Shown here in pieces: positions 1-12,153 of a stretch of DNA of 64,000 nt. This DNA comes from Anaeromyxobacteraceae bacterium (GTDB taxonomy: Bacteria > Myxococcota > Myxococcia > Myxococcales > Anaeromyxobacteraceae), in the NCBI GenBank assembly GCA_047602405.1, contig JASGHJ010000001.1, positions 1,920,001 to 1,984,000 on the forward strand. The letters are read 5' to 3'. The notes under the pieces are model-generated. The model was not told where the DNA came from, ran no database searches, and saw nothing but the letters and a program-made list of their open reading frames with translations. The stretch's first letter is position 1. The number at the start of each line of letters is the position of its first letter. The position numbers and the translations under genes were made by a program.

Positions 1-1
1 C

Positions 2-844
2 CTCTACGGCGACCCGATCCTCTGGCTCCTCCTCCTCGCGAGCGCGCTCTACGCCCCGGCGGCCGTGCTTGTCGCGGCGTTCGGAACGTCGATCGGGATG
101 TTGAACCCGCTGCACGTGCTCGGCACTGCCTACCGCTTCGGAAGGGACTACCTGTACGCGGTGGGCGCCGTGCTGCTCGTGTTCTTCGCGAGCTACGTGT
201 TCGAGGCCGTCGTCCCGAGCGCGTTCGGCTCGATCTTCCTGGTGTCGGCCCTCCTCCGTGAGACGGCGGAGCTCGTCCCTTCGGCCTTCGCGGCCTACCT
301 GCTGGGACTGCTGGTGTTCGTACGAGGGGACGCGATCGAGCTCGGCCCGGCTTCGGACCATCTCGTCCCCGTACTGGGCGACGCCGTCCCGCGGGGCGCC
401 GCGCCGCCCGACCTGGCCACCGTGCCCGTTCGCCCGGATCGCCCGGAGCCCATCGCGCTCGAGCCGGAGCCGGCGCCAGGCCCGGCGGACGAGATAGCCC
501 GACTCGTGGCCGCCAGCGACCTCGCGGGCGCGGCGAGGCTCTTCGAGGCGCACCGGAGGACGCCGCTGGTGCTCACCCCGGCCGTGCTGTTCGAGGTGGG
601 CCGCGGCGCCTCGCAGGCGGGCGCGCACGCCGTCGCCGCGGAGGCGCTTCACCGCGCCGCTCGCAGCGAGGATCCTGCCGTGGCGCCCGCCGCGATGCTC
701 GTCCTGGCGAGGATCCTGGAACGCCGGCTCTCGAGGCCCGCGGACGCCCAGCGCCTGTATCTCCATCTCGTGCGGCATCACGGCGACACCGACGCTGGCC
801 GCCAGGCGAAGGCTGCGCTCGGGGTGGGCGCCCCCGGGGGCTGA
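2..844 (+). CDS. 5'-truncated membrane protein with C-terminal TPR-like helices
   Basis: Frame is open from base 2 to the TGA at 844; hydrophobic TM segments, a Pro-rich linker, then TPR-like helices. Confidence 0.7.
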   Translation, partial: LYGDPILWLLLLASALYAPAAVLVAAFGTSIGMLNPLHVLGTAYRFGRDYLYAVGAVLLVFFASYVFEAVVPSAFGSIFLVSALLRETAELVPSAFAAYLLGLLVFVRGDAIELGPASDHLVPVLGDAVPRGAAPPDLATVPVRPDRPEPIALEPEPAPGPADEIARLVAASDLAGAARLFEAHRRTPLVLTPAVLFEVGRGASQAGAHAVAAEALHRAARSEDPAVAPAAMLVLARILERRLSRPADAQRLYLHLVRHHGDTDAGRQAKAALGVGAPGG

Positions 845-1056
845 CCGGGCACGAACCCTCCGCGCCGGGCCAGGCCCCACCCTCGTGGACGACCGGCGCG
901 TGAGCCGGCGCAGACGTCTGCGCGCGCGGATCCGCTCGACCCGGACCCGGTCCTGCCAACATGGCAAACCGAGTTGTCACCCAGGGTTACGCCACGAAAT
1001 TGGCCAGTTCAAGCGCTTGAACCAGGCCCGATGTAGGGACCAGGGTCGGGACGCGA

Positions 1057-1380
1057 ATGTCCGTCGCCCTGCCATCTCCTGGGGCTGATCGTCTGACCGC
1101 GTCCGGACCGCGCGCAGACGTCTGCGCAGGGAGCCCCCGCGGGCCACGGTTTGATCTCCGGCGCCTTCCTGAGCGGACGGTGCTCTGGCAGGGGCTCTGC
1201 AGCTTCCACGCCGACGACGCTCCGCGGCCGATGGGCGAGCTCGCCGCCGACGGCTACGCGCTCCTGCGCGCCCGCCGCGCAGAGGTGGCGCGCGGCTGCG
1301 CGGACCAGCTGCTGGGCTCGTTCGCGGGCCGGACGGCCTGGTCCGGCTGGTCGGGACGGAACGAGGCCGTGCCGCGCTGA
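1057..1380 (+). CDS. possible small hypothetical protein or gene remnant
   Basis: Only the 3' half (from ~1150) has coding-like codon usage; the 5' half overlaps a palindromic region. Confidence 0.3.
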   Translation: MSVALPSPGADRLTASGPRADVCAGSPRGPRFDLRRLPERTVLWQGLCSFHADDAPRPMGELAADGYALLRARRAEVARGCADQLLGSFAGRTAWSGWSGRNEAVPR

Positions 1381-1388
1381 CGGACTCC

Positions 1389-1973
1389 TCACTCCACGGG
1401 GACGGCGGCCCGCAGCTCGACCGCGTGCGCCGCGAAGTCGCCGAGCAGGGCGCAGTACGCGCGCTCGAGCGTTTCCGCGTGGTCGCTCCCGTCCACGTAC
1501 ACGACGCGCTTCGTGGCCTCGCCGTGGAAGGTGCCGGCGTCCACGCCGCCGTCCGCCCGGACGACCCGCGCGGTCGCGACGATCTCGCTCGTGACCGGCG
1601 CGGTCAGCTCGAACCACCCCGCAGACTGCGAGCGGGTCGACACGCGCTGGATCCGGACCTCCAGGCGAGCGCCGGCGCTCGCCATGGCGTGCGGCGCGGC
1701 ACCGAGGAGCCGCGCGACGTCGTCGGCCAGCGTCCCGCCGAGCTCCGCGTAGTCGAGGGAGAGCGGGAGGTCGCCGTGCCAGTTGAACTGGGCGCCGATC
1801 CGCGTCGGCCGGGAAGGGGCCGGCGCCGGGACCACGGGCAGCGGGCTCGCCGCCGGCGCCGGCGCCGGCGGGGCCGGGCACCGGATGGCCCGGAACGTCT
1901 GCGGACGCTGCTGGAGCGCGCAGCCGTTCACGGCGGTGGCCAGCACCAGGGCCACGAGCGAGGTGCGCTTCAT
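1389..1973 (-). CDS. putative lipoprotein
   Basis: MKRTSLVALVLATAVNGC signal peptide/lipobox; GGAGG RBS before the ATG at 1973. Confidence 0.7.
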   Translation of the reverse strand: MKRTSLVALVLATAVNGCALQQRPQTFRAIRCPAPPAPAPAASPLPVVPAPAPSRPTRIGAQFNWHGDLPLSLDYAELGGTLADDVARLLGAAPHAMASAGARLEVRIQRVSTRSQSAGWFELTAPVTSEIVATARVVRADGGVDAGTFHGEATKRVVYVDGSDHAETLERAYCALLGDFAAHAVELRAAVPVE

Positions 1974-2163
1974 GCGAGCCTCCGCGCCGGGCTCTACGAC
2001 CGAGCGTCGGTCCTCGCTCCGCCCTTTCGGGACGGCGCGGACGAAACGGCGGAGGAGCGGGAAAGTTCGACGCCGGGGGCGTGAAGCGCCCGCGCGGACT
2101 CCCGGTCCCCGCCCGGACGGGGCGGAGGAGGTCACGCCCGGCGCGCCGTGAGATCCTTCGCTC

Positions 2164-2775
2164 ATGCGCCTCGCCGGTACGGTCGCTGCCCTCGCCCTCC
2201 TCGCCGCGGGTTGCGGGACCGCTCGCCCCTCGCTCGCGGCCCGTGCGCCGATCCATGGCGGCCTCGCCGACGCTCCGGTGGAGGTGCCGCGGCCGGCCAC
2301 CGTGCAGGGCCAGGTCAAGGAGGTCATCGCCGCCGCCGGGCCCATCTACCTCTCGGGCCAGCCGTCGGAGGCGGCGCTCCGCGAGCTCGTCGCGGGCGGC
2401 GTGACCGTGGTCGTGAACCTGCGCACGCCCGAGGAGATGGCGGACCGTGCGCAGGTGCCGTTCGACGAGGAGGCGCTCGTGAAGTCCCTGGGCGCGAGCT
2501 ACGTGCACGTGCCGCTCGGCGGGAAGGACCACCCCTACACGCCCGCCGCGGTGGACGAGGTCGCGCGGGCGCTCGCCGCGCACCAGGGGAAGGCGCTCCT
2601 CCACTGCACGGTCGCGTGGCGCGCCTCGCACATGTGGGCCGCCTACCTCGTCCGCCACCGCGGCGTACCGGTCGCCACCGCGCTCGAGCACGCGCGCGCG
2701 GTCAACGCCGGCACCCGCTGGCCGATGGCCGACCTGCTCGACGCGGACGTCGCCCTCGAGCCGCGCGGACGGTGA
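2164..2775 (+). CDS. DUF442/tyrosine-phosphatase-like (sulfur transferase-type) lipoprotein
   Basis: Lipobox LAAGC; SGQP, VVNLR and HCTVAWR (Cx5R-like) motifs. Confidence 0.8.
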   Translation: MRLAGTVAALALLAAGCGTARPSLAARAPIHGGLADAPVEVPRPATVQGQVKEVIAAAGPIYLSGQPSEAALRELVAGGVTVVVNLRTPEEMADRAQVPFDEEALVKSLGASYVHVPLGGKDHPYTPAAVDEVARALAAHQGKALLHCTVAWRASHMWAAYLVRHRGVPVATALEHARAVNAGTRWPMADLLDADVALEPRGR

Positions 2776-2888
2776 CGGCGACTCGAGGTACCACGGCCCC
2801 CCGGACCCTCCGCCTGGGTGCCGTCCTCAGGTGTCACGCTGGCGGCGCGGACCCCTCCCAGAGCCGCAGCTCAACCGCCGAGGTCCCC

Positions 2889-3371
2889 ATGCTCCCTGCG
2901 CTCCTCCTCGCCGCGGCGCTCGCCGCGGATCCCGTCCCACCCGCTGCGTGCGGTGCCCCGCAGCATCGCGCCTTCGACTTCTGGCTCGGCACCTGGGACG
3001 TCACCGCCGGGGCGAAGACCGCCGGCCAGAACCACATCGAGCGGATCCTGTCGGGCTGCGGGCTGCAGGAGCACTGGACCGGCGCGAAGGGGAACCGCGG
3101 GACCTCGCTCAACTGGTTCGACCCCGCCGACGGGAAGTGGCACCAGCTCTGGCTCGACGATCAGGGGACGGTGCTGAAGCTCGAGGGCGGGCCGCGCGAC
3201 GGCGGGATGGTCCTCGAGGGCGAGGCGCCCGGCCCCGGCGGGAAGCTCGAGCGCCAGCGGATCACCTGGTCGAGGCTCGACGGCGGCAAGGTGCGCCAGC
3301 GCTGGGAGGCTTCCGCCGACGGGAAGGCCTGGCGCGTCGTGTTCGACGGGCTCTACGCGCCGCGGGGCTGA
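2889..3371 (+). CDS. secreted hypothetical protein (FDFWLGTW family)
   Basis: Signal peptide MLPALLLAAALA; C..PQHRAFDFWLGTW motif; high GC3. Confidence 0.75.
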   Translation: MLPALLLAAALAADPVPPAACGAPQHRAFDFWLGTWDVTAGAKTAGQNHIERILSGCGLQEHWTGAKGNRGTSLNWFDPADGKWHQLWLDDQGTVLKLEGGPRDGGMVLEGEAPGPGGKLERQRITWSRLDGGKVRQRWEASADGKAWRVVFDGLYAPRG

Positions 3372-3372
3372 C

Positions 3373-3849
3373 TCACTTCTTCCCGTGGTGCATGAGCTTC
3401 TCGTGCCCCGCGGAGAGCTCGGCCTTCGAGAGCGAGCCGTCGTGGTCGGTGTCCATCGCGTCGAACATCCTCTCGGAGGCGGCCGCGTGCTCCTCCGCGG
3501 TGAGCACGCCGTCGCCGTTCGCGTCGACGGTCTTCAACTTCTCGGCCGCGGACAGCTCGCCCTTCGCCGCCTTCTGACCGGTCGCCTTCGCGTGCCCGGC
3601 CTCCATCTCCGCCGCGGTGACCTTGCCGTCCTTGTCGGCGTCCATGGCCTCGAACATCGCCTTCGCGGCGGCGGCGTGCTCGGCGCGGGTGACCTTCCCG
3701 TCCCCGTTCGCGTCCATGCGGTCGAGCATCGAGCCGTGGACCTTCCCGCCGGAGTCGGGCGGATCCGCGGCGAGCGCGGGCCGGCCGGCCAGCAGGGCGA
3801 GGGCGAGGGGGACGAGGACCGGGCGGACGAGCGACAGCGGGGTGGCCAT
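3373..3849 (-). CDS. secreted EF-hand calcium-binding protein
   Basis: Signal peptide plus four DxD/NxDG loops (DANGDG, DADKDG, DANGDG, DTDHDG). Confidence 0.9.
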   Translation of the reverse strand: MATPLSLVRPVLVPLALALLAGRPALAADPPDSGGKVHGSMLDRMDANGDGKVTRAEHAAAAKAMFEAMDADKDGKVTAAEMEAGHAKATGQKAAKGELSAAEKLKTVDANGDGVLTAEEHAAASERMFDAMDTDHDGSLSKAELSAGHEKLMHHGKK

Positions 3850-4018
3850 GTACGACCTCCGTGCGTCGACGATGTGGACGGCCTCCGCGCGTCGAAACCC
3901 CCCAGCGCACGGGCGTTCCACGAGCGAACGGTCGGCCTCCAGCCGACGCAGGGGTGAGCGTGAGGCCCCACCGGAGGACGTTGAGCGCGACGCGGGCGGG
4001 GGCGTAACGTCGTCCGTC

Positions 4019-4492
4019 ATGCCCGACGCCCCGAAGGTCGCCCTCGCGTTCGCCGTCGCTGCCGTTGCCCTCGCGCGTCCGGGCCTGGCGGGCGAGCCCT
4101 CCGAAGCCTCGCTCCGGGCCGCGGACGCGGAGCAGATGCGCATCATCGTGGAGGGCGACGCGGAGGCGCAGCGCGCCTTCATGCACGACCACTACATCCT
4201 GAACGGTCCGTCGAACCGGGTCCTCCGGAAGGCGGTCCTCGTGGACATGCTCGCGCGGGGGAAGATGGCGAGCGAGCGCTTCGAGCGCGTGATCGAGGGG
4301 ATCGCCATCACGGGGAACGTCGGCATCGTCATGGGCAGGGAGACCGTGCAACCCCGCGCCGGCAGCGAGCTCGCGGGGAAGTTCGGCACCGCACCCCTCG
4401 AGCGCCGCTTCACCAACGTCTTCCTCTTCGAAGGCGAGAGGTGGAGCTTCCTGGCCCGGCAGGCGAGCGTCATCCAGGCGCCCGGCAGGTGA
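4019..4492 (+). CDS. NTF2-like/DUF4440 family secreted protein
   Basis: Signal peptide; RFTNVF...GERWSFLARQAS C-terminus typical of DUF4440. Confidence 0.75.
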   Translation: MPDAPKVALAFAVAAVALARPGLAGEPSEASLRAADAEQMRIIVEGDAEAQRAFMHDHYILNGPSNRVLRKAVLVDMLARGKMASERFERVIEGIAITGNVGIVMGRETVQPRAGSELAGKFGTAPLERRFTNVFLFEGERWSFLARQASVIQAPGR

Positions 4493-4514
4493 GGGCGCAC
4501 CCTCCTCGCGCCCC

Positions 4515-6830
<2,316 letters not shown>

Positions 6831-6982
6831 GGGACCCTTACAGAGCGCAGGCGCACCCCCCCGTCAATACGCGCGGCGGCAGCGCACCCGGGCCGATGCA
6901 CCGCGCGTACGGGTCACCATCCGGAGGCTTACGCCCGTGCACCGCGCAACCGATCGTGCCCCAGGGCTCCGGGGAGGCGTCG

Positions 6983-9613
6983 ATGCGGTGCTGGCGGGTG
7001 GTGGCGGTCTCGGCGGGCCTCTGGCTCGCCGCTCCGGCGTACGTCCTGGGACAGGCGGGGACGCCCGGGCCGATCGCGGCCGAGAACGCGCTCCCGGGCG
7101 ACGGCGGCTGGCGACTCGTGCAGCGCGCGGGCCCGGGCCAGCTCGAGGCGTACTCCGACGCGCCGAGCGCCCCGCGCGGCGGCTCGTTCGGGATCCACGC
7201 CCGGGCCGACGCGCCGCACGCGGTCCGCTGGGCACTCTTCCGGATGGGCTGGTACGGCGGCGTGCGCGGGCGGCGGGTGGCCGAGGGCGGGCCGGTGGCC
7301 GTCGGACCGCAGGCGACGCCGATCCCGGATCCCGCCACGGGGCGGAGCGCGTGCGCCTGGCCGGAGACGTTCCGGCTCGCCACGAGCCCGTCCTGGCCGA
7401 GCGGCGTCTTCCTGCTCGTGCTCACGCGGGACGACGGCGCGCAGACGTACGTGCCGCTCGTCCTGCGGGACGACGCCCGCAAGGGCGTCGCGGTGCTGCA
7501 GGTCTCGGTCAACACCTGGCAGGCGTACAACTGGTGGGGCAGCGGCAGCCTCTACACTCCGGGCGTCTACGCGGTCTCCTTCGACCGCCCCTACGCGGAC
7601 GCGAACGGCGCCGGGCAGTACTTCCGCGTCGAGCACGACCTCGTCGCGTGGGTCGAGAAGCGCGGCCTCGACGTCACCTACCTGACGAACGTCGACCTCG
7701 ACCGGGACGCGTCGCTCCTCGCGGGGCAGAAGCTCTTCGTCTCGATGGGCCACGACGAGTACTGGACCCGCCCGGCGCGGGCCGCGCTCGAGGCCGCCAT
7801 CGCGGCCGGGACGAGCGTCGCGTTCCTCTCGGCGAACTCGATCTACTGGCAGGTGCGGCTCGAGCCGGGCGTGGCGCCGGCGGGCGGCGTCGCGGCGCCC
7901 GCCCGCACGCTCGTCTGCTACAAGGACACCGCCACCAGGCTGGACCCGCTCCGGGGCACGAACCTCACCACCGTCCGCTGGCGGCAGGCGCCGGTCTCGG
8001 AGCCGGAGAACGCGCTCCTGGGGTCGATGTACTCGGCGTGGATCCTCGCCGACACCGCATGGGTCGTGACGAACGCCGGCCACTGGCTCTACGCCGGCAC
8101 CGGCCTCGCCGACGGCGACGCCATCCCCGGCGTGGTCGGCTACGAGACCGACCGGCGCTTCTCGAACGGGGTGGAGCCGCCGGGGGTCGAGGTGGTGGCG
8201 CGCGCCGCGGTCGCCGACGTGGAGGGCCGGCCGGAGTGGCACGAGGCGGTGGTCCGCGCGACGCCGGCGGGCGGCTACGTGTTCGCGGCGGGCAGCATCG
8301 AGCTCGCCTGGGCGCTCGCGCGCACGGGGTACGCCGACCCGCGCATGCAGCGCATGGCCGAGAACCTGTTCCGCCGCGCGGGCGTGGTGCCCGAGACGCC
8401 GGACTCGCCCGCCGCACGCCCGGACCCGCTCGTGCTGTCCGCCGCCGCGGACGCGGTGGTGACGACGGTCGCCGGCGCGGCGTTCGAGGAGGGGCTCGTC
8501 GACGGCCCCGCCGCCGCGGCGCGGTTCCGGCGGCCCACCGCCGCCGCGGTCGACGCGCTCGGGCGCGTCTGGATCACCGACACCGGCAACCACGCCGTGC
8601 GGCTCGTCCTGGCGGACGCCGGGCGCACGGTCCAGACGGTCGCCGGCGACGGCGTGCGCGGCTGCGGGACGGGCACCTCGGCGCGGCTCGACGCGCCGCA
8701 GGGGATCGTCATCGACGCCGACGGGAGCGCGCTCGTCGCGGACACCGGCAACCACCGCATCGTACGCATCCGGGACCTCGGGGGTCGGTTCGAGGTCGAG
8801 CGCGTCGCGGGCGGGGACGGCTGGAACGGCTTCGCCGACGGCCCCGCGGACGACGCGCGCTTCTTCGGTCCCTCCGGCCTCGCGCGCGCGGGCGGCGCGC
8901 TCTTCGTCGCCGACCGCGAGAACCACGCGGTCCGCCGGCTGGACGCGGCGGGCCTCGTGACGACCGTCGCGGGCAAGGGCTACGAGCCCGGGCTCGCCGA
9001 CGGGCCCGCCGGGACCTCGCGCCTGAACCTCCCGAGCGACCTCGCGGTGGTCGGCGACGGGCTGCTCGTGCTCGACGCCGGCAACCGCCGGCTGCGCCGG
9101 CTCGCGCTCGACGGGCTCGTGCTCTCGTCGGCGGCGGGCGCGAACGACGGCGGCTTCGCCGACGGCGCCGCGGACGCCGCGCTCCTCATGGGGAACGCCG
9201 GGCTCTCCGCGCTCGCCGGCGGCGCCGGGCTCGCCTTCGCGGACGGCGGCAACGCGCGGATCCGCCTCCTGCGCGAGGGGATGGTGGAGACGCTCGCCGG
9301 CGACGGGACCCCCGGGGCCCGGGACGGCGCCGCGGCCGGCGCGCGCTTCGCGCTGCCGACCGGGGTGGCGACGCTCTCGGCGTCGGAGTGGCTCGTCGTG
9401 GACAACGGCGCGTCGACCCTGCGGCGCATCGCGGGGGCCTCGGCGCCGCCTCCTCCGCCTCCTCCGCCCGCCGCGAAGGGGCCGCGGGCGGGCGGGGGCG
9501 GTTGCCAGTCCGGCGGCGCGGGCGTGCTCGGCCTCGCGCTCGCCGGCCTGGCCTGGCTCGCTCAGGCGCGCGGGCGCCGGCGGGCCGGCAGGAGCGCGAT
9601 CACCGCGCCGTAG
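6983..9613 (+). CDS. N,N-dimethylformamidase-large-subunit-like domain + NHL repeats + MYXO-CTERM-like anchor
   Basis: NTWQAYN, SFDRPY, GHDEYW and GYETD motifs; repeated DG...ARF.xP.G and ADTGNH NHL units; GGC-TM-RRR tail; GGAGG RBS. Confidence 0.85.
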   Translation: MRCWRVVAVSAGLWLAAPAYVLGQAGTPGPIAAENALPGDGGWRLVQRAGPGQLEAYSDAPSAPRGGSFGIHARADAPHAVRWALFRMGWYGGVRGRRVAEGGPVAVGPQATPIPDPATGRSACAWPETFRLATSPSWPSGVFLLVLTRDDGAQTYVPLVLRDDARKGVAVLQVSVNTWQAYNWWGSGSLYTPGVYAVSFDRPYADANGAGQYFRVEHDLVAWVEKRGLDVTYLTNVDLDRDASLLAGQKLFVSMGHDEYWTRPARAALEAAIAAGTSVAFLSANSIYWQVRLEPGVAPAGGVAAPARTLVCYKDTATRLDPLRGTNLTTVRWRQAPVSEPENALLGSMYSAWILADTAWVVTNAGHWLYAGTGLADGDAIPGVVGYETDRRFSNGVEPPGVEVVARAAVADVEGRPEWHEAVVRATPAGGYVFAAGSIELAWALARTGYADPRMQRMAENLFRRAGVVPETPDSPAARPDPLVLSAAADAVVTTVAGAAFEEGLVDGPAAAARFRRPTAAAVDALGRVWITDTGNHAVRLVLADAGRTVQTVAGDGVRGCGTGTSARLDAPQGIVIDADGSALVADTGNHRIVRIRDLGGRFEVERVAGGDGWNGFADGPADDARFFGPSGLARAGGALFVADRENHAVRRLDAAGLVTTVAGKGYEPGLADGPAGTSRLNLPSDLAVVGDGLLVLDAGNRRLRRLALDGLVLSSAAGANDGGFADGAADAALLMGNAGLSALAGGAGLAFADGGNARIRLLREGMVETLAGDGTPGARDGAAAGARFALPTGVATLSASEWLVVDNGASTLRRIAGASAPPPPPPPPAAKGPRAGGGGCQSGGAGVLGLALAGLAWLAQARGRRRAGRSAITAP

Positions 9614-11442
9614 AGCGCGAGCAGGGTGGTCTCGCCCGCGCTCGTGCAGCCGCCGCGGCCGCGCTGGACCGTGGGCGTCTCGGTGACGGGGTCCGGAGAG
9701 GGCGTGGGGTCGGGCGTGGGCGTCGGGCCCGGGCCCGGATCCGGCGTGGGCGTGGGCGTTCCGCCGGCGAGCGCCTCGATGCGAGCCGCGATCCGTTCGC
9801 GCGCGGCCATGAGGTCCTCCGGCTTCTGCTCGGTCGAGTACGGGTGCGGGAAGAGCGTGAGCGCCTCCCGGCGGGCCATCGCCTCGTCGCCCGCGCTCGC
9901 GAGGAGCTTCAGGTACTCGTAGTCCTCCATGCCCTCGCGGATGTACTTGAGCCGCATCGAGGCGATGGGGATGTCGGTCGTGCCGCCGATGCGCGAGGTC
10001 TGCCCGGGGTAGAAGAGCGTGCCGTCGCCGTTGCCGGAGAACTGGTACACGCTGTTCCAGGGGTCCTGCCCGTACGCGTAGGCGGTGTCCCAGTACAGCT
10101 CGCCCGTCATCCGGAAGGTGAAGAGGAGCCACTGCATCGCGCGGTTCCGCACCGCGGACGCGTCGATCATGTAGCTCGGCCAGCCGGTGAAGTAGCGGTC
10201 CTCCTCGTTCGGCGAGCCCATGTTCACCGTGCCGCCGCAGCCGTGGCTCATGCAGCTCTGGTAGCCCCACAGCTCGCGCTGCGCGGAGCCGGCGAGGAAC
10301 CCGTCGTACTTCGGCCGCTGGTCGCCCGCCGAGCCGGAGCCGGGCTTGTCGTCCATGAAGTTGATGCAGGGGACCATCACGTCGATGGACGAGGTCACGC
10401 CGTGCTTGTCCGACTCGTCGATGGAGGTCGTGACGAGGGTCTTCACGTTGGCGGCGCGGGCGGTGGCGGCGCGCGTGGGGATGTCGCTCCAGGCGCAGGT
10501 GAGGGGCGGCTCGTCGCAGGTGTACTGGAAGAGCCGCGGCAGCCAGCCCTTCGACTGGAAGTGGCTCGACCAGCTCGAGGCGGGGCCCATGAGCTCGACC
10601 GCGGTCATCTCCGCGCCCCCGAGCCGCGTCGCGCCGCCGCCATCCATGGACGGGCCGTACCACTGATCGTAGTGCGGCATGGAGGCGTCACCGTCGTCCA
10701 CGCGGGAGAGCGTGACGCGGTGGTCGAGCGCCATGTTCCCGTAGCGCACGCGGAGCTGCGCGAAGGCGTCGCCGGAGGAGACGCCGTGCTCGGACGGGAT
10801 GGCACCCCAGTTGAACGAGAACGCCGAGCGGAGCGACGCGGTGGCCGGGAGCGTGAAGCGGCGGACCGTGAGCGCGACCGGCACCTTCGCCGAGCCGCCG
10901 GTCCAGGTCACGTCGACCGCGCCGGTGTACGCGCCGGGGGCCGCGCCGGCGGGCACGAACACCTCGACCCAGATCGCCCGGCTCTGGCCGGCGGGCACGT
11001 CGAACGGGAAGGCGTTCCGCTGCTGGCCCACGAGCTCGTCGACGTCGGGGACGAGGGGGTCGGGCCACGGCCCGGTGCCGCCGTCGAGCGCGGAGGGCTG
11101 CGTGAGGTTCAGCAGCGCCTCGCGGTAGAGGCGGACCTCGGAGATCGTCCCGGCGCCGGTGAGCGCGCTCGCCTTCGCGCGCACGCCGGTCGCGGGGCCG
11201 GTCACGACGATCTGGAACGCCTCGAACTCGTTCCGCGCGGCGGAGATCGCGGCGGACGGGCCCTGGCGGGCGGCGGTGGAGGGCCGGATCTTCTCGGTCG
11301 CGACCGCGGTCCACACCTCGACGGCGCCGGCGGGGGACGGCGCGGCGCAGGCGAGCGCCGCGGAGACGAGCGGCGCGAGGAGCAGGTGGCGGAGGTGACG
11401 TCGGGTGAAGCTCGGCAGGTCGGCGGGCAGCGGAGTCGGCAC
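9562..11442 (-). CDS. DUF4091/GH123-like surface protein with PT-rich linker and MYXO-CTERM-like anchor (start uncertain)
   Basis: ARNEFEAFQ, DEP, GDGTLFYPG and SMRLKYIREGMEDYEYL motifs; GGC-TM-RRR tail. Confidence 0.8.
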   Translation of the reverse strand: MPTPLPADLPSFTRRHLRHLLLAPLVSAALACAAPSPAGAVEVWTAVATEKIRPSTAARQGPSAAISAARNEFEAFQIVVTGPATGVRAKASALTGAGTISEVRLYREALLNLTQPSALDGGTGPWPDPLVPDVDELVGQQRNAFPFDVPAGQSRAIWVEVFVPAGAAPGAYTGAVDVTWTGGSAKVPVALTVRRFTLPATASLRSAFSFNWGAIPSEHGVSSGDAFAQLRVRYGNMALDHRVTLSRVDDGDASMPHYDQWYGPSMDGGGATRLGGAEMTAVELMGPASSWSSHFQSKGWLPRLFQYTCDEPPLTCAWSDIPTRAATARAANVKTLVTTSIDESDKHGVTSSIDVMVPCINFMDDKPGSGSAGDQRPKYDGFLAGSAQRELWGYQSCMSHGCGGTVNMGSPNEEDRYFTGWPSYMIDASAVRNRAMQWLLFTFRMTGELYWDTAYAYGQDPWNSVYQFSGNGDGTLFYPGQTSRIGGTTDIPIASMRLKYIREGMEDYEYLKLLASAGDEAMARREALTLFPHPYSTEQKPEDLMAARERIAARIEALAGGTPTPTPDPGPGPTPTPDPTPSPDPVTETPTVQRGRGGCTSAGETTLLALYGAVIALLPARRRPRA

Positions 11443-11633
11443 GTTCGGCGGGGCCTCGCTCTCGGGTGGGTGCCTGTCGGGCACAGGAGCAGCAGCCCGC
11501 ACTCCGGACGGGTGAGCAGCCGCTGCTTCCTCTCCGCGAACGAAGACGGCTCGTGTGGGTATTCCCTCGCCGGGTACACGGCGAGAGAAGCCAGGGGGTG
11601 AGGTGGGGGCGGGTGAGCGAGCGCGCGCAGCTC

Positions 11634-11701
11634 GCCCTACGACAGGCTCAGGGCGAACGGTGCTCGATCACCGCTCGTGGTGAGCCTGTCGAACCACGAG
11701 C
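11634..11701. repeat. inverted pair of REP-like palindromic units
   Basis: CGACAGGCTCAgggCGAaCGGTG faces CACCGcTCGtggTGAGCCTGTCG; same TGAGC/GTCGAA family as 26118 and 37043. Confidence 0.75.
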
Positions 11702-12153
11702 CGCTCGAGGTCGAGCGGCACGCCGGAGCCGGCGAGCACGTCGGCCACGACGTCGGCGACGGTCGCCGCGAGGTCGGTGCAGTGCGCGTGGCGCGCGGGC
11801 GACTGGAACTCGCCGAACGCGCGCACGAGGTCGTCGCAGACGTACGAGGGGCGATCCAGCCGCCGCCGGATCTCCGCCTCGTAGGCCGTCATCGCGGCGC
11901 GGAGCGCGGGCGTCACGGCGCCCGTGGGCGAGGGATCCCCGAGGAGCTCGCCCAGGATGAGCTGCCCCGCGACGACGGCGCCGCAGGTGCCGTGCCCGGT
12001 GATGCCGCCGCGGCGAAGCGCCTGGTAGGGCGCCGTGGGCCGGCCGAAGGTCTCGGCGAGTGCGATGCCGCAGCTCCGGTGCGGGGTCTCCTTGCCGTCG
12101 TAGAGGAACCGGGCGCGCTCGCGGAGCGCGGCGACGAGCTCTTCTCGGGTCAT
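11668..12153 (-). CDS. C-GCAxxG-C-C family putative redox protein
   Basis: SCG...TCGAVVAG...VC...HC cysteine pattern; ATGA overlap with the upstream gene. Confidence 0.8.
   Translation of the reverse strand: MTREELVAALRERARFLYDGKETPHRSCGIALAETFGRPTAPYQALRRGGITGHGTCGAVVAGQLILGELLGDPSPTGAVTPALRAAMTAYEAEIRRRLDRPSYVCDDLVRAFGEFQSPARHAHCTDLAATVADVVADVLAGSGVPLDLERLVVRQAHHER

Noticed and set aside
963..1000. GGCAAACC suggesting a c-di-GMP riboswitch
   Set aside because: The downstream GACGCAAAG element and the stem architecture are missing.
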